The notes beneath the pieces are model-generated. The model did no database searches, had not been told where the DNA came from, and was given only the letters and a program-made list of their open reading frames with translations. Source: Mobula birostris (Eukaryota). Taken from it: a stretch of DNA of 64,000 nt. A program made the translations under genes and the position numbers. Below, piece by piece: positions 24,980 through 39,024 of the stretch (position 1 is its first letter; every line of letters begins with the position of its first letter). The stretch lies in contig NC_092376.1 of NCBI RefSeq assembly GCF_030028105.1, forward strand, positions 85,386,733 through 85,450,732, read 5' to 3'.

Positions 24980-25904
24980 ACCTACTTACTTACTACCCTT
25001 TATACCTCTGACAATTAAGGCAGCAATGAAGGTCCTCCATATTTGTCTGTCCTTGGCTATCTTCTCCATTGTGCCCCAGGTGTGGTTCAGAGTCCTCATT
25101 TCTGCTTCTATGGTAAGGCACCAAGTTATCTTTGGTCTCCTGTGTTCCCTCAGCCCTTCAGGGGTCCAATGAAGTGCTGTCTTGATAATGGAGTTGGCTT
25201 CTCTTCTCATCACGTGTCCTATCCATCTCCAACATTTTCTCATGATGATTGTGGCCATGTTCTCTTGGTGACACTGGAGGAGTAGGGCATGGTTGGAGTT
25301 CTGGTTGGACAAAAAATATGGAGGACCTTCTGGAGGCTCGAGGTGTGGAATGACAAGGCCATGTGCCAACATTCTGACTCCTACAAGAGTGTGGACAGAA
25401 CACAGCTCTGGTACAGGTTCTCCTTGCTGTACTTGGTTGATCACCATATGCTGCTCATTGATCTGAAGACATTTCGAGCTTTGCTGAGTCTGCCCTGGAT
25501 GTTGTCCTTGTCCCACCATCCTGCTGAATGATGCCCCTCATCATGGAAAAGATGTGCTGGCTTTGGAGAGGATCCAGTTGAGTTTCACAAGGATGATTCC
25601 AGGAATGAAAGGGTTATCATATGAGGAACATTTGTTGGCTCTGGGTATAGAAAAGGATACTTCATTGCTGTTTCCAGAACAATTTTATTTGACTGGTCAG
25701 GATTGTTAGCCCTGAGCTGAACCCTGGACCTGGCGGATCAATGACTACTCTTAGTCTGGCCTCTACCCTTTTTCCTCTTTGGCATGGGTGTCCCTACCAA
25801 GAGCCAAAGGACAAGGCTATGATTCCAGCCAGCATAGCTCTCTGGGTCATTGAGGCACACAAGCCTCCAGACCCTACAACAAGGTTGTGTCCTCTTGGAG
25901 GAAC
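24980..25904 (-). mobile_element. Internally deleted RTE-clade element (5' UTR + ORF C-terminus) containing a CR1 fragment
   Basis: RTE-type 5' UTR at 25660-25900; WRWIGHVMRR...ALHWTPEG...KDRQIWR C-terminus; (TAAG)n tail; candidate TSD TATGAT at 24974-24979 and 25905-25910. Confidence 0.78.
25545..25648 (+). mobile_element. Short internal CR1 fragment inside the RTE element
   Basis: KDVLALERIQLSFTRMIPGMKGLSYEEHLLALG, matching the CR1 ORF2 segment of 14780-14880. Confidence 0.8.
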
Positions 25905-26394
25905 TATGATGGTAAGGAAGGCAAGAAAATGCTGATATCATTTCAAAAACTTCATCCTTTAATGAAGAAAGTCTGAAATATTTATTTCTGCTACCATATC
26001 TTGTAAACATAGATGAGTACGTATCATTATTCTTACATTGATCTACACTCAACATTTTTCTCATCAAGGTAATGGGCACTGTCTTAAAGCAGTAATAAAT
26101 TCCAGCAAGCATCTCTATATCCTTTCCAGCGAAAGAGAAATTGGAGTACTTCAGCCTGTATTGAGAATGTACTTTGAGCAAATAACACACTCTGTGGCTA
26201 CAACTTAAAGTCACCAGCAAACCTCCTGCTTTGAAATCTTGTGTTGAAGGATTGACAATTGCTTAAGAGTGAATTTAGATGTGTACTAAAATCTTCAGAC
26301 AAAAAACATCAGAAAGCAAGGAAGGCTCAGTTATTAATGGATTTGACTGAAGAGGTTGAACCCGCTATTTCAATGTAACTTGTAGGTTCCTTAG

Positions 26395-26980
26395 TGTTAT
26401 CCTTGGTGTAATCATTTCAGAAGACCTACCCTGGGCCCAGTTCAATCCCAAAGAAAGTATGGAAGTTCTCTACTTTCTTAGAAGTTTGCAAAGATTCAGT
26501 ATGACATCTAAAACTTGGACAAACTTTGAAAGATATAGTGGAGACTAAATTCACTGGTTGCATCACAGCCTCGTATGAACCAAAAATCCTGCAAAAAGTA
26601 ATGGATACAGCCAAGTCCATCAGGGAAAAGCCCTCTCCACTGCCAAGCACATCTACACGGAGCACTGTCGCAGGAAAGCAGCATCCATTATCATGCAGGC
26701 CATGCTCACTTCCCGCTGCCGTCATCAGGAATGTGGTATAGGAGTCTCAAGACTCACATCACCAGGCTCAGAAACGTTTATTACTCCTCAACCAACAGAC
26801 CTTTAAACTAGAGGTGATAGCTTCACTCAACTTCACTTGCCTCTTTACTCAACTGTTCCCACAAATTATGGACTCACTTTCATAGACCCTTCATCTCATG
26901 TTCTCAATATTTATTTATTTATTTCTTATTTTTTCTTTTCTATTTGCACAGATTGTTGGCTTTTGCACATTGGTCGTGTA
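26395..26980 (+). mobile_element. Rex-Babar-like LINE 3' fragment, decayed
   Basis: LGVIISEDL, TGCITASY, LQKVMDTA motifs; 3' UTR similar to 32070-32370 and 61930-62175. Confidence 0.8.
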
Positions 26981-28229
26981 ATGTCTAACCACATTTTATT
27001 TTATCCCTCAGAAATCCCACTTAGTACAAACACTTATTTTTAATATCATCTGAATTTCTGCACTTATTAAAATAATTTGAATTACCATTTGTTAGGCATT
27101 TCTTTCTTGCTCATTTGACCTTTGCTTACAAGGCTTTTCCTACCTACACTTTACTGCACATCATTAGATTGTCCAACCCTTGTTTGCCCTTATTTGTTTC
27201 CTCCTCTTAACATTTCAGGTAATACAGTGGAAATACAGTTAGTTCCTTTTGTTAGCAATGTTTATAAACTTCCATTATATGCTACAGTGATCAAGGATAA
27301 ATCCAGTGTAGAGGATAATTAAAACAGCTCAGGCTCATTTATTTCAAATGGTGCAATTGCAAAACACTGCAATGGTGTCTGTTCCATTGTCAATACAAGG
27401 AATGCAAAGAAGATACTAATCGGTAAACTAATGTCACATAGCTAATCAGCAAATCCATTTTATCATTCATCATTTGAGTAGACAATTTTGTATTTAAGTA
27501 TGAAGCATTTCAAATGTGTGCCTTCTAACGTAATATGGTCTCAATCAGAAAATATTCGAATAGAGGAATGGCAGTAAAATTACCTTAAACTGCTGCAAAC
27601 TTGATGTGGGCTTTTATTGGGTGTTTGTAACTGCCGTTCATTATATTCATCTAGTGGTTGTTTCATTTAATTTATTTATTTATATTTCCAACTCTGATGT
27701 GAATCTTTCATCATTGTGCCTTTTAGTAGTCTCTCTGCTGCTCTGTTCCACTAAAAGGATATCACAATATATTTCTGTATTGTGAGCCATTTAACTTTGC
27801 TTAATGCTGTAGGGTGAGAAAAAGGGAGCTTCTAAAATTTGCTTGAAGTGGATTCAGTGAGGACAAAGTGTGGTACAAAAAGTAAGAAAATCAGAATGCT
27901 GAGCTGACATGGAGAACTTTGTCTCAGCTATTGCTTAAGTCAACAGCAAACTGATTTGGGCTCTTACGAAAGCACACTTTCTCTTTGCAGCAGAATAATA
28001 TATTTAGCACTACAGATCCTTATCAAAATGCACAATCTGAATTAGTTTAAGCAAACCTACAGCAAAACCAATTAACTCATTAATGCCAAAACACTGGATT
28101 GCATATCCCTGGCTCTCTTCACCATTATGAAACCAAAAGTCAATCTTTCTTAAATTCCCTCAACCATAGTGGACAAACCTAAGATCACATCTCATCTATT
28201 TCTCCCCACCTCTTCTTTGACATATTTTC

Positions 28230-29285
28230 CAAGATTAAAGCCTAAGAACAGAGGTTCTCTTGTCTTTAACTTCCACTCCACCAGCCTCTGCATTCAATAG
28301 CTTATTATTCACTAGTGTAGCTAGCTTCAAAAGGACACCACCAGCAGGCACATAATCCCCCTCCTTTTCTCCTTTCAGCATTTCAAAGGGGTTGCTTCCT
28401 TTCACAAATCTCGGGTGCATTCCTCTTTTCCGTCCATCATTTCTCCTTGTAGGGTCCCTTCCTCTGCAACTGCAGAAGCTTCAGCACCCATCCTTTCATC
28501 CCAATCCTTCCCACATTGACCATACCACAGGACCAAATAATCAATTCTCCCAATATTGGTAACTCCAGAGCCCCAAGTAGTCTTTCCAGGTGAAACAGTG
28601 ATTCACTTCCACTTCCTCCACTCTAGTGAACTGGATTTGGTGTTCATAATGTAGCTCCCTCTACACTAGCAAAACCAAACATTGTTGAGGTGACCACTTT
28701 GTGGAGCACCAGTGCTTAGACTGTACGGATAAACTTGATCTGTGGATTGCTTGCCAATTTATTTCTCCATACCGCTCTGACTTCTCTCCAGTGAGACTTC
28801 ATCAGAACTTCTACACTGTTACACACGCTAGAGGAGCAATACCTCATCATCCATCTAGACTTGTTGCAGCCTGTTGAATCCAATACTGAATGCTCCAGTT
28901 GCAGTTGTTCACTTATTTTTTCTACCTGTGTCAGAAGTGGCCATTTCTGCCTGTTGTTTTGGATCAGTTTCTCTGTTTCTCTTTTTTTTGTAAACTCTGG
29001 CTTGCTGGCCATGCCCAGGAACCTTATCATTGCTAACACATTCTTCAGCCAAAATAGCTTTATCTTAATCTTAATTACTTATTTTCTGTCACATTAAGGA
29101 GAGAAAGATTTCTCTGCCTTTCTCTCTTTCCTTCTGCTACATTTTCATGTGTTAAAACTAACACATGAAACTCTTTCCAAGTTCTGATAAAGAGTCACAG
29201 CCCAGAAATATTAACTGTTTTTCTTTATACGGGTGGCATTTGATCTGCAGAGTCTGTCCCTCCTTTTCTGTTTTTATATCTGCTC
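28230..29285 (+). mobile_element. Degenerate Penelope-like element (GIY-YIG endonuclease region + pseudo-LTR)
   Basis: FQVKQ*FTSTSSTLVNWIWCS*CSSLYTSKTKHC*GDHFVEH resembles the Penelope VYCIxCxxC..LYIGET..R.GDRFxEH GIY-YIG; hammerhead relic at 29181-29216. Confidence 0.8.
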
Positions 29286-31944
29286 TACAGTATGACTGAC
29301 ATTTGGTAACCATGAGAAGGCTAACCTACAAGCTATTGTATTCTTCAATCAGATACCATTTAAAGGGCCACTGCTAACTGTAGGATACTTCAAATCCTTT
29401 TTTGAACATCACTGGAAATTACTTCCAAAATATAAGATAGACAGTGTTTAATAAAACCATCGTTTGGTGCTTTTTTTTTAGATAGATAATCTCTTTTCGA
29501 TTGGGAGATTCATGTTAGACATTTCAGACAGGTAAGACAACATCAGGAAACATGCAAAAATCCAATGAGAAAATAGTTTTCAGAAATTGAAATATTATAT
29601 TCAATTGGCATTAAAATGTCATTGCAGGGCAACTTCATGTTGTTTTTAATTGTCCCATAAAGGTCATTAAGTATAATTTTCGGGATTACAGAAAAGGGTT
29701 GTGGATTTTTCTGTGGCAACAGTGTGCTGTGTCACTTTCAATATGGTGCTTTTTCTTGATCTATTACAAGTTTTCTCGTCTGCTGATATTTGGCCTATAG
29801 CTGTGATAATGTTAACTGACTCTTCAAGAGACATCACATAATATAGACAATGCTGTTCCCCACTGCAGGTGTGTCTTGTTGCTGAAGGAATGAATGCTAA
29901 AATGATGAAGGGTAAAAGATTGGAGAGTGAACCTAGGGGTTTGCAGGCCGGTGACGAACATTGTCTATAAGAGGGCTGTTCACTGTATAAAAGTTCATAG
30001 AGTTCCTACTGTTCTACAACCAGCTATGATATCTCTGAAATCAGTTCTGAATCTTGTCTGTCTATTGACATATAGTTTTAACAGCAATCCAAAAGATGGA
30101 AAGGTAATGAGAAATGTCACTACTTTGTAGAACTTGAAAACTGAAGGCTTCATTTAACATCAGAAAATAATGTGATTTCTGTACAAAAGTAAATTCTGTG
30201 CAGCTTGGCTGTATGTCACCAAATATTGTAATAACAAGGCTTGCTTTTACAAGGCCTTGACCTGAGTGATATCGCTCAAGTACAAGTTTGAAGTAAAGGT
30301 TTTTTTTGGACAAGTTTTACTAAGAACCGATATGTGTTAGGATGATAGCAGTGATGTAATTTAAATCTATTCACACTTCCACATATAGAACTCTGTTGAT
30401 GAGAGGTTAGTCCTGCTTTGGGCTATCCCTTTACAATATGGCTGAAGACCAATGAGTCTTAAAGCTGCAGAGTATTAGCAAAACACATTTCAAACAATAT
30501 TTAAAACAAACATTAAAACAATCAATTCAAATTATTAACAGAAACTTGATAAGGAATCAGTTTCTTGTTAAAACTTTGGTGCCTGGTGATGTTCCCTAGT
30601 GAAAACCATGTACATGGGTTTGATGACCTAGTACAATGATACGGAGCAGTTTGTAGCCAAGATGCTGTTGGGCTGCTCCATTTTCCAGGAAGAATGTGAA
30701 ATTGCCATTCTCAGTGCTTGTAAGAATAGCTTCAGAGGGCCTCTTTGGCTAATTGAAGAAGCATGCTGGAATGGTTGGCAGAGGGGTACCGTGAGCATCA
30801 GCTATGATATGAGAGCTGCTAATCTTATGAATGGGGACAGTAATAAACCAAATATTTTGAAGATGGATGAGTATCTCCAAGTTCTATACCAGGATTCTGT
30901 TGTTCAAAATATTTCTAACAGTTCAAGTCAATGTTATGGAACTGATGGTGATTGATATTAGTTAGTTCATCTCTAGGAAAAGAAGATCTGGTTATTTTGT
31001 TGCATTAGTCAAAATATTAGCAATGTTTCTTCAGGTGTGTTCTCAGCTACCATCTCCTGGGAAGAGGCCAGCCTCCAGCAGAACCGTGAAGCCCTGTGGT
31101 GCACAAGGTCTTTTGGAACACTTGGGCAGCCCTACTCCTAAGTGATCTCAATGGCCGGTGTATTACCCCTGGGCTTTCTAAGCAGTGAATAACGTTGTCC
31201 CACAGATCACTGCATCCACACTGCATAACTCCTAAGAAGGAACAATGTGTGGAATAATCCAATGCAACATCAGAGACACAAGGGGAAACTTTATCCCAAT
31301 ACACTGCTCTACTAGGATCCAGTTTAAGATAAAATTATTTTGTTATACTTTTGCTACAAACTTCAGTGGAGAGTAAAGAGGGAATTATAGCATACTGATG
31401 CTTGTTGTCATAACAAACCATATGCTACAGGCTCCTTGAGACATCTGGCAACATGAGTAAGACATTTTGTGTTCTAGGGCCAAAATGAAACTAATCACTG
31501 TGAAGATTTTCACAAATGTGACATAGCAACCTGAATAGCTTTTGTACAGGGGAGAGTACATTTCAGTTGCAATCAGCTTAATATGACTTAGATGAAATGG
31601 TTAGAGTTTATAAAACAATGGAAAATCTGATACCAATAATTGTGAGGACAGTTCTGTGTTTAATCTCCAGTTCACAACTGTACAGCAATCTAAGGGGACC
31701 AAGTTATTTCAGCATGGCCTGGATTGCCAATGGGCAGCAGCTGTCTGAATTCCACTGGGTGAGGTGAAGGCAAAGCATTTTTTAAATAATGTGTATATTT
31801 CAACTTCACAAGTCTCATAAGGTCATGCTTTTCTTGTATTGATCTATTATCATGTCCTGGAGGACAGGAAGTTGGCCACCATCTGCCAGTCTCTGTGACA
31901 GTCATGATGTGTCTTGGTGGAACTCACCTCTGATAGGAATCTTG

Positions 31945-32370
31945 TTACCCAATACACCATCTAGGCCATGCTTTCCTTACACCATTGCCATCAGGAAGGA
32001 GGTACAGGAGCCTCAGGACTGACGCCACTCAGGTTAAGAATAGTTATTAACCCTCAACCATCAAGCTCTTGAACCAGAGGGACATCTTCACTCAACTCCA
32101 CTCACCCCACACTGAACTATTTTCACAACTTAAGGACTCACTTCCAAGAACTCTTCATCTCAAGTTCTTGATATTTATTGCTATTTTAATTTATTTATTT
32201 TTACAGTTTGTTGTCTTCGGCATATTGGTTATTTGTCCATATTGTGTGTGGTTTTTGGTTGATTCCATGGTATTTCTTTGTACCTACTGTGAATGCCTGC
32301 AAGAAAACAAATTTCCATACTGTATGTGGTGACATATATATTCTTTAATAATAAATTTGCTTTGAACTTT
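31945..32370 (+). mobile_element. Rex-Babar-like LINE 3' end
   Basis: LPSGRRYRSLR...LKNSY motif; AATAAA...TTTGAACTTT tail. Confidence 0.82.
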
Positions 32371-32819
32371 CTATGTCCACCCCAGTGAAGTAGTAACTCT
32401 TCACATTCCCGGCATGTTTCCTCTTGGATGTGTTTTAATTCTGCCTCATTACCAAGGAGTGAATCTCTTTCAGAGCTATTCTTGCTACATCTCAAACTAC
32501 CAACAACTGAACGAGATTCAAAGTGCATTCTTCAGACCTGTGTTGATTGCCATTTAAGGAAGATTTTAGCAGCAAACATTTTGGCACAGCTGTAGGAAAC
32601 CATTACTGCATCAGTATCTTTTCAGTGGATCCTGATTGAGCACAGATGCTTTATGCAATGGTGTCTTAGCCCTGCATGACTGGAGCAAACTAATTCTGAA
32701 GCACAGACATTATCCAAAGTTGGATGAGATAGCCTGATGTCCATTACTTTTCAGCAGTGAAAGAAGAATTCAAATTTTTTTGAAAAATGTTAGTTTGTGG
32801 ACCATCTACAGAAGAATAA

Positions 32820-33548
32820 TTCAGGATTCAAAGATTCAAAGCACATTCATTATCAAAGAACGTATAAATTACACATCTTGAAATTTATCTGCTTACAGGC
32901 AGCCACAAAGCAAGTACCTTGAATAACCCAATTAAAAAACAAGACCAAAAACCACCACTCAGAGAAAGAGAGAGAAAGAATAATAAACACATCATGCAAA
33001 CAATAGAAGCAAGCCAACTGCATCCCGGACCAGATCCGCTCCCAGAGCAGCCAGAGTAGGCCCAAGTCCAGTTTTCACAGCAGTGAGGCAGGAACGCACA
33101 GCAGCCGGATCAGTTCACAGACTCGGCGCCATAGAGAAAGGAATGACCATTCGTAGGAGAGTGAACGATATCAGCCTAACCCTTCCCTCTGTACCCAACA
33201 CACGGGTTTTTAGTCTATCTGCGCTGGCGTTTAAATTGTCCAAGCACCGAATAGTGCCACGTTCTAGGACCTGGATCTCGGTGCCCTGCCTGAAGCCGTC
33301 CTCGATGTGACCAAACTGGCTCAGCGCTCGGAGTGATCCAACCTCGCACCTGGGTTAGGTGGATGGACATTGAAACTCTTCCGCATCAACTGCATCTCTG
33401 GCAGAAAAACGAACTCCGAGAATGAAGCCGGCGGTTCAAACACGTTGCGCCTCGCAATGCTCCAGCAGGGCTCATTCTCTGAACCAGCCTTGCCTCACCT
33501 CCGCCTGCCTTCTCACTGTCTGCGGCGATAGTTCACCACAATCCTGAA
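32820..33548 (-). mobile_element. Non-autonomous SINE-like element with CpG-rich head and LINE-type 3' tail
   Basis: (TGAATCTT)-type tail at left; CpG-rich body 33020-33530; 3' part repeated in diverged form at ~33885-34050. Confidence 0.6.
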
Positions 33549-36399
33549 AGTTGTAACACTCTTATGAAAACCTGAAATGTCTATCAATAGTTCTCAGGGA
33601 GAGTCTTGTTATCCCCAGAATTTCTTCGGGTAACAAGATGAGCATTAAATTCTGCCAAAATCTTACAAACAAATATAAACCATTAAATTCATTAGACAAT
33701 GGCTGTATGCTACACAATAGCTACTGTTTATTAATAGTAGTATATTATTTATAAACTTACTCCATATGGTATTAGACCAATGGAAATAACTTGTTAAATA
33801 TATCGTTTGTTGATGGTTGAGTTGTTTTCCGATCTTGTCAATCCATCTGCAAACGTTTAGACACCATACGTGGAGACATTTTCATATATAAATTATACAC
33901 CTTGAAATTTTTCTGCTTACAAACAGTCACAAATCCCAATTTTAAAAAAAGACCCAAACCCACTATGCAGAGAGAGAAAAAAACACATCATACAAACAGT
34001 AGAAGCAAGCCACCAGCATCCGGAACCAGACTGAATCCCAGATCCACTTCCAAAACATTTGCAAAGAGATTGCCAAGATCAGGACAACTCAACCCAACCA
34101 ATAACACCAGTATTTATTGCCTAATGCCTACGTGTTTTTGAGAAGGAAGTGGTGAAATGTCTTCTTGAGTCACTGCATCTACTTAATGGAGAAGATCGTC
34201 CCTCAGGGCTTGTAGGTAGGTGGTTCTAGTATTCCAGTGATTCCCAATGAAGTCCGCAAGGATACATACATTAGTGCTAAATCTGTCAATGTGCTCTCCG
34301 ATTTTTCTTTATGCTTTTGTCATCCACTTCTCCCACAGTAATTCAAATTTATATCACCTAAAATAAATATTAAGCAGTAAAGAAATAAGCATGCAAACAA
34401 ACAGTGCTAAATGAACCCAAGCTTTGGCTACTGATGTTCAGCTGATTTCAGTCAGGGCACAAACGAAGACAGACTTGCTGTAAGCCAGTGATGTGCTGCT
34501 TTACAAATATTGACATATCGCTCTATTCCACTGGTAAATTCCACACGGGGATCTGCAGTGGAACCCAGATATGTTAGCATTTATTAACAAAAGAATATAT
34601 TGTGCTATAATGTTGCTGGGACATTTGCTTCTCTCAGTCTAAGCCATCTAGACTTCATATAGAATCATTTTCAATTTTGTTCAGTGGAATTCCCTGGACT
34701 GTATATTATGAGCTAAAATTAAGATATCTCCTTTCTTAATGTTTACACTTTATTCTTACTGTTTTAGTATACTTTAATTAACACTACTTTTCATTTAAAT
34801 GTTGAAATTATTATGTCCTAAAATGATACCAATCAAAGTCTTTCAATTTCCAGGATATTTAAAGGGGAGGGTGCAAAAGTTCATCAACAGAGATGGCAAC
34901 TCACTTCTGTACATCTTGTTGGGCACAACCTGTGTGAAGAGGCTCAACTTGTTTGATCACCTGCGTCTGGCCAAGGTAGAAGTGGCCATGTGGAAATTGT
35001 ATGACATAAGTTGTAATGGCAGGTTGAATCCATCTTGATTCAACTCATACAGGATATGAATAAGTACAGGATCAATCTCAAGAAATTTGAGATGATGTTT
35101 GACTTAAGATTTTCCAAATGAAACATAGACTGCTCTAAGTGGAGAAGACCTGAGTGATTGCTCTGAGCGGATGGCATCACTTTGATGGTCTGATACTCTC
35201 TGTGTTTACTTGACATTAGGGTCTACTGAAGTCAACCTGTAAGGCTTTGTGATCAAGGTAGTACTTATGACATATGATATGCTTTGAGCAATAAAAGCAC
35301 TGTTTGCTCGCGGTTGTTCAGGGCATGATGGAAATTATCCTTTAGGCATTGGGTCATTTTCCAGTTGAGGTTGAAGATAAATGCAACATGTTTAGCCTGT
35401 CACATATTGTTTCAAAGGAGAGATCATAGGGAGTTTCTATTCCAAAGCAGTTGAATGCATCTTATTCATCCTGGCGGGAGAACAATAGGCAAAGGATATG
35501 CTGTTTTGCCAATTTTGCTGCAGTTCAGCTGGTAAACAGGCAAGGTGGATTTTGCTTCAGATCAAATAGTGTTGGTCAATTACACATCACAAGCAGGTTT
35601 TCTGGCTACTGTCCAGTTTAATGCTAAGAATTCCGATTTTTAACATGGTCGAAAAGGAATGAGAGTAAGAGACAGAAAAAGGAGGGCAGAAACCAGATTT
35701 ATTCAAAAGCAGTTTTGAATTTTGAACTTGCTTGGTCATGGTTGTACTGGGAAAACTTGATTTAGTCTAATGTTTGCATAGAGAAGATAGAGAGTAAATT
35801 ATTTGGTACTACCTTCCTATTCTCCTAGATCTCTGGTCTATTCAGTTTCTCCTACCAGATACCTTCAATGCCGTCTCCATTTTATTAAACAGTCATGGCT
35901 TCAAATCAATGGATAGGAAGCCCTGATTGACCCTCTCAGCATGTATCTGTGGAATATTTAGTGTTTCTGTATACTATGTGATTATTCAAAAACATAATTT
36001 TTATGAACAATTAGCAGTTTTATTTGAAATGCTTATTAATAACTATTCTGCATTTTGAATTGCATGACACTAGCTGAAGCTTTAATGTGGATTGTAGTCA
36101 TTATTCTATGGATTTCCTGAAGACTGTCAGGGTTGTACACAGTGTACACAGTGCACAGTACACAGTGACATATATATACTTTAATAATCAATTTACTTAG
36201 AACTTTGAACTTTTAATAGGCCCTTTAAATGAAGCCTCAAAAGCAGTAGATGAAAGACTTCTGAAGAAACTTATGATTGACTTCTTGAGGAATTAATTTC
36301 AGACAAGTCTGTCAATTATAAAGAAATGATATATTCTATTATGAGTTGTTCAGGTAGACACAACGAGGAAACAAGGACACGTGTCAGAATGCGGTTTCA

Positions 36400-37850
36400 G
36401 GATTTCAGTGCGGCATTCAACACTACAGACTTTGGTGAACACACTCCTACTCCTCAGTCTAAACGGACCACTGTGCAACTGGGTGTTGGACGTCCTTTAT
36501 GAACAGACCTCAGGTAGTCAGGGCACATAACGACTTCTTTCTCCTCAACACCCTCAACACGGATGCCCCCCTGGCAGTGTGCTGAGACATTGCTACACAC
36601 TCTGTTCATACAATACTGCACAGCCAAACACCTGAGCAATCAAATCGTCAAGTGCGCCAATGACACGACAGTGGTGGAGTTCATCATTAACAACGATGAG
36701 GCAGCCTACATAGAGGAGGTGGAAAAGCTTAAAGTCTGGTGCCAGCCAAGTAACTTCTTCTTTAATGTGAACAAGACAAAGCAGATGGTTATTGACTTCA
36801 GGAGAACTCACGCCACTCACACCCCCATTTCCATTGGCAGCACAGTAGTGGAAACTGCAAGCAGTTTCAAACTCCTGAGAGTGCACATCACGCACGACCC
36901 TTCATGGATCCAGAACATATCCTCCACAGTGAAGAATGGTCATCAAAACCTCTGCTTTCTAAGGAGACGGAAGAGAACTGGACTTTGCACACTCATACCC
37001 ATACCATTCTAGTAGAGAGTGGCCTGACAAGCTGCATCACTGGTTGGTATGGAAACTGCACGGTGGCGGTCAGGAAGGCTCTACAACAGGTAGTCAAAAC
37101 TGCCCAGTGCATCACTGCACTAACCTATCCACCATCAAGGACGTATATACAGAAAGGTGCTGGAACAGGGCCAGTAATATCATGAAGGATACTATCCTTC
37201 CTGCTCATGGATTGTATGTCCCACTCCCATCAGGAAAGAGGCTATGTAGCATCCACGCCAGGACCACCAGACTCAAAAACAGTTACTTTCCCCAAGCAGT
37301 AAAGCTGATCAACACCTCCATCGAATAACTCCACCGCTACTTTATTATTTCCTGTCAGTCACCTTACGAATGGTCTAGCATCACTTTATAACATAAAATC
37401 AATCTATGTCTATTCTATGTATTTACATTTAATGTGTTTTTAGATTATCATTATTCTGTTTGTTATGTTTTGTGTGGTTTATCTTGTGCTGATTTGGATC
37501 CAGAGCAGTAATTATTTTGTTTTTCATACATGGTAGCATAATGGTTAGCACAACGCTTTATGGTATCAGTAACTCAGGTCGGATTCCCATCGCTGTCTGT
37601 AAGGAGTTTGTTCATTCTCCCTGTGGCCGCATGGGTTTCCTCTGAGTGCTCTGGTTTCCTCCCACAGTCCAAAGATGTACAAGTTGGTAGGTTAATTGTT
37701 CATTGTAATTTGTCCCGTGATTAGGCCAGGATTGAATCCGGGGTTGCTGGTGGTGTGGCCAGCAGGGCCTACACTAAATAAAATAAATCAAAATAAAATA
37801 AAATTGCGTCCAGGAAATTACATCAAACACTCTTGAAACTTGAAACAAAC
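36400..37850 (+). mobile_element. Rex-Babar-like LINE RT/3' fragment, decayed, with SINE in its 3' UTR
   Basis: DFSAAFNT, KCANDTTVV (KFADD-derived), NVNKTKQMVIDFRR, LPSGKRL, SYFPQAVKL; TTGAAACTTGAA tail remnant after the SINE. Confidence 0.88.
37528..37804 (+). mobile_element. tRNA-derived V-SINE/HE1-like SINE
   Basis: A-box TAGCATAATGG 37534-37544, degenerate B-box ~37579, V-domain GGTTTCCTCCCACAGTCCAAAGA, (AAAT)n tail. Confidence 0.88.
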
Positions 37851-39024
37851 TCTGAACATTTTATTTATGTTTCTTAGATGTGGGGATACCTTACAGATGC
37901 AAAGTAACAAAAGTCAATTATACAGTGCAGGAAGTTTTGACCCTGAATCTGAATCCTACAATCAATTTTAAATCTATATAGTTCTTTTAATGAATAAACA
38001 TTAACTAGAATGATCCTAGACAACATTACTGTAAGAGAATTAGACTTTGGATTCTGCAGAAATAATGAACAACTCAGCAGCACAATACTGTATATCATGA
38101 ATTACCTGGTGTAATTTTCCAGAGCTTCATCAAGTTTGCTATATCCTACTTGATTTGCTTATATTAAAAAAGAATGGTAGCTGTTAACCCAATGTCTAAA
38201 GTGCGTACACTCTTCCCGTCCAGCGATGGTTATTTGTAACTTAGAGCAGCGAGCCTGAAGACAGACTACATCAACTGCAGACTGAGCAATGCCCTGAGAT
38301 GCTTAATTCCTTTGGAGATATTAAATCATGGTTTTCAGGGAGTATTATGTAGGATAGCTGGGAAGTCAGCACATTTGTTTAAGAGAAAGCTTTCTAATGG
38401 CAATTAGACTCAGTAGTTAATGGAACAAGAACTGAATTCAAATTTCAGCTTCTCAAGGGGCATCCATATCATGATATTTTTCTGTTACATCCTGTCACAG
38501 AGGTACCAATTCCTAATATCTTGGAGAGAATGCTTTTACTGTCAATTACAACATTGCACCAAATGATCTGCTCATCCATCAAGATTATGGTGTTACTTCA
38601 AAATACATATTCATTGCAGTAGTTCTATTTATTTATTCAACATTTGTTTGTGTTAACAGATGTTACTACTTAGAATAATTTTGTTCTCAAAGTGGAGATG
38701 TTTGGTCAAATTGTTTTGGATTTCTCCCGATTTTTTAATTCATCAGATCTCATTTATCTTTAATTGTCCTCAGCTGTTAATGGGGATTACTGTATATTCA
38801 TAGCCTACCTCGAGTGAAAATGTATGTAGAAGTTATGCACTACTAGACAATATCAATTCAAGCCAATTAAAGCCTATGTCATGAAAAAACTTGATGAAGT
38901 ATATTGCTTGATTTGCTATTCTATTGATAATAGCGATGTAAAATATGAGATATCATTACCAAATAGTTCAAGTGATCCCGCACTTAAATTATTTTATTCA
39001 AACAAGGAAGGCTATTGTCCTTTC

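Noticed and set aside
30600-31320. Possible ancient L1/Tx1 RT remnant
   Set aside because: Only faint resemblance (LGCSIF versus QGCPLS); too degenerate to support by eye.
34853-34976. Possible plus-strand exon (YLKGRVQKFINRDG...)
   Set aside because: Acceptor is plausible but the donor GTAGAA is weak and the peptide is unrecognised; such hits are expected by chance, as are those at 29869-29911 (+), 16921-17028 (-) and the 11-nt minus candidate near 5641.
37528-37600. tRNA gene
   Set aside because: A/B-box-like head belongs to a SINE, followed by V-domain and A-rich tail; no cloverleaf.
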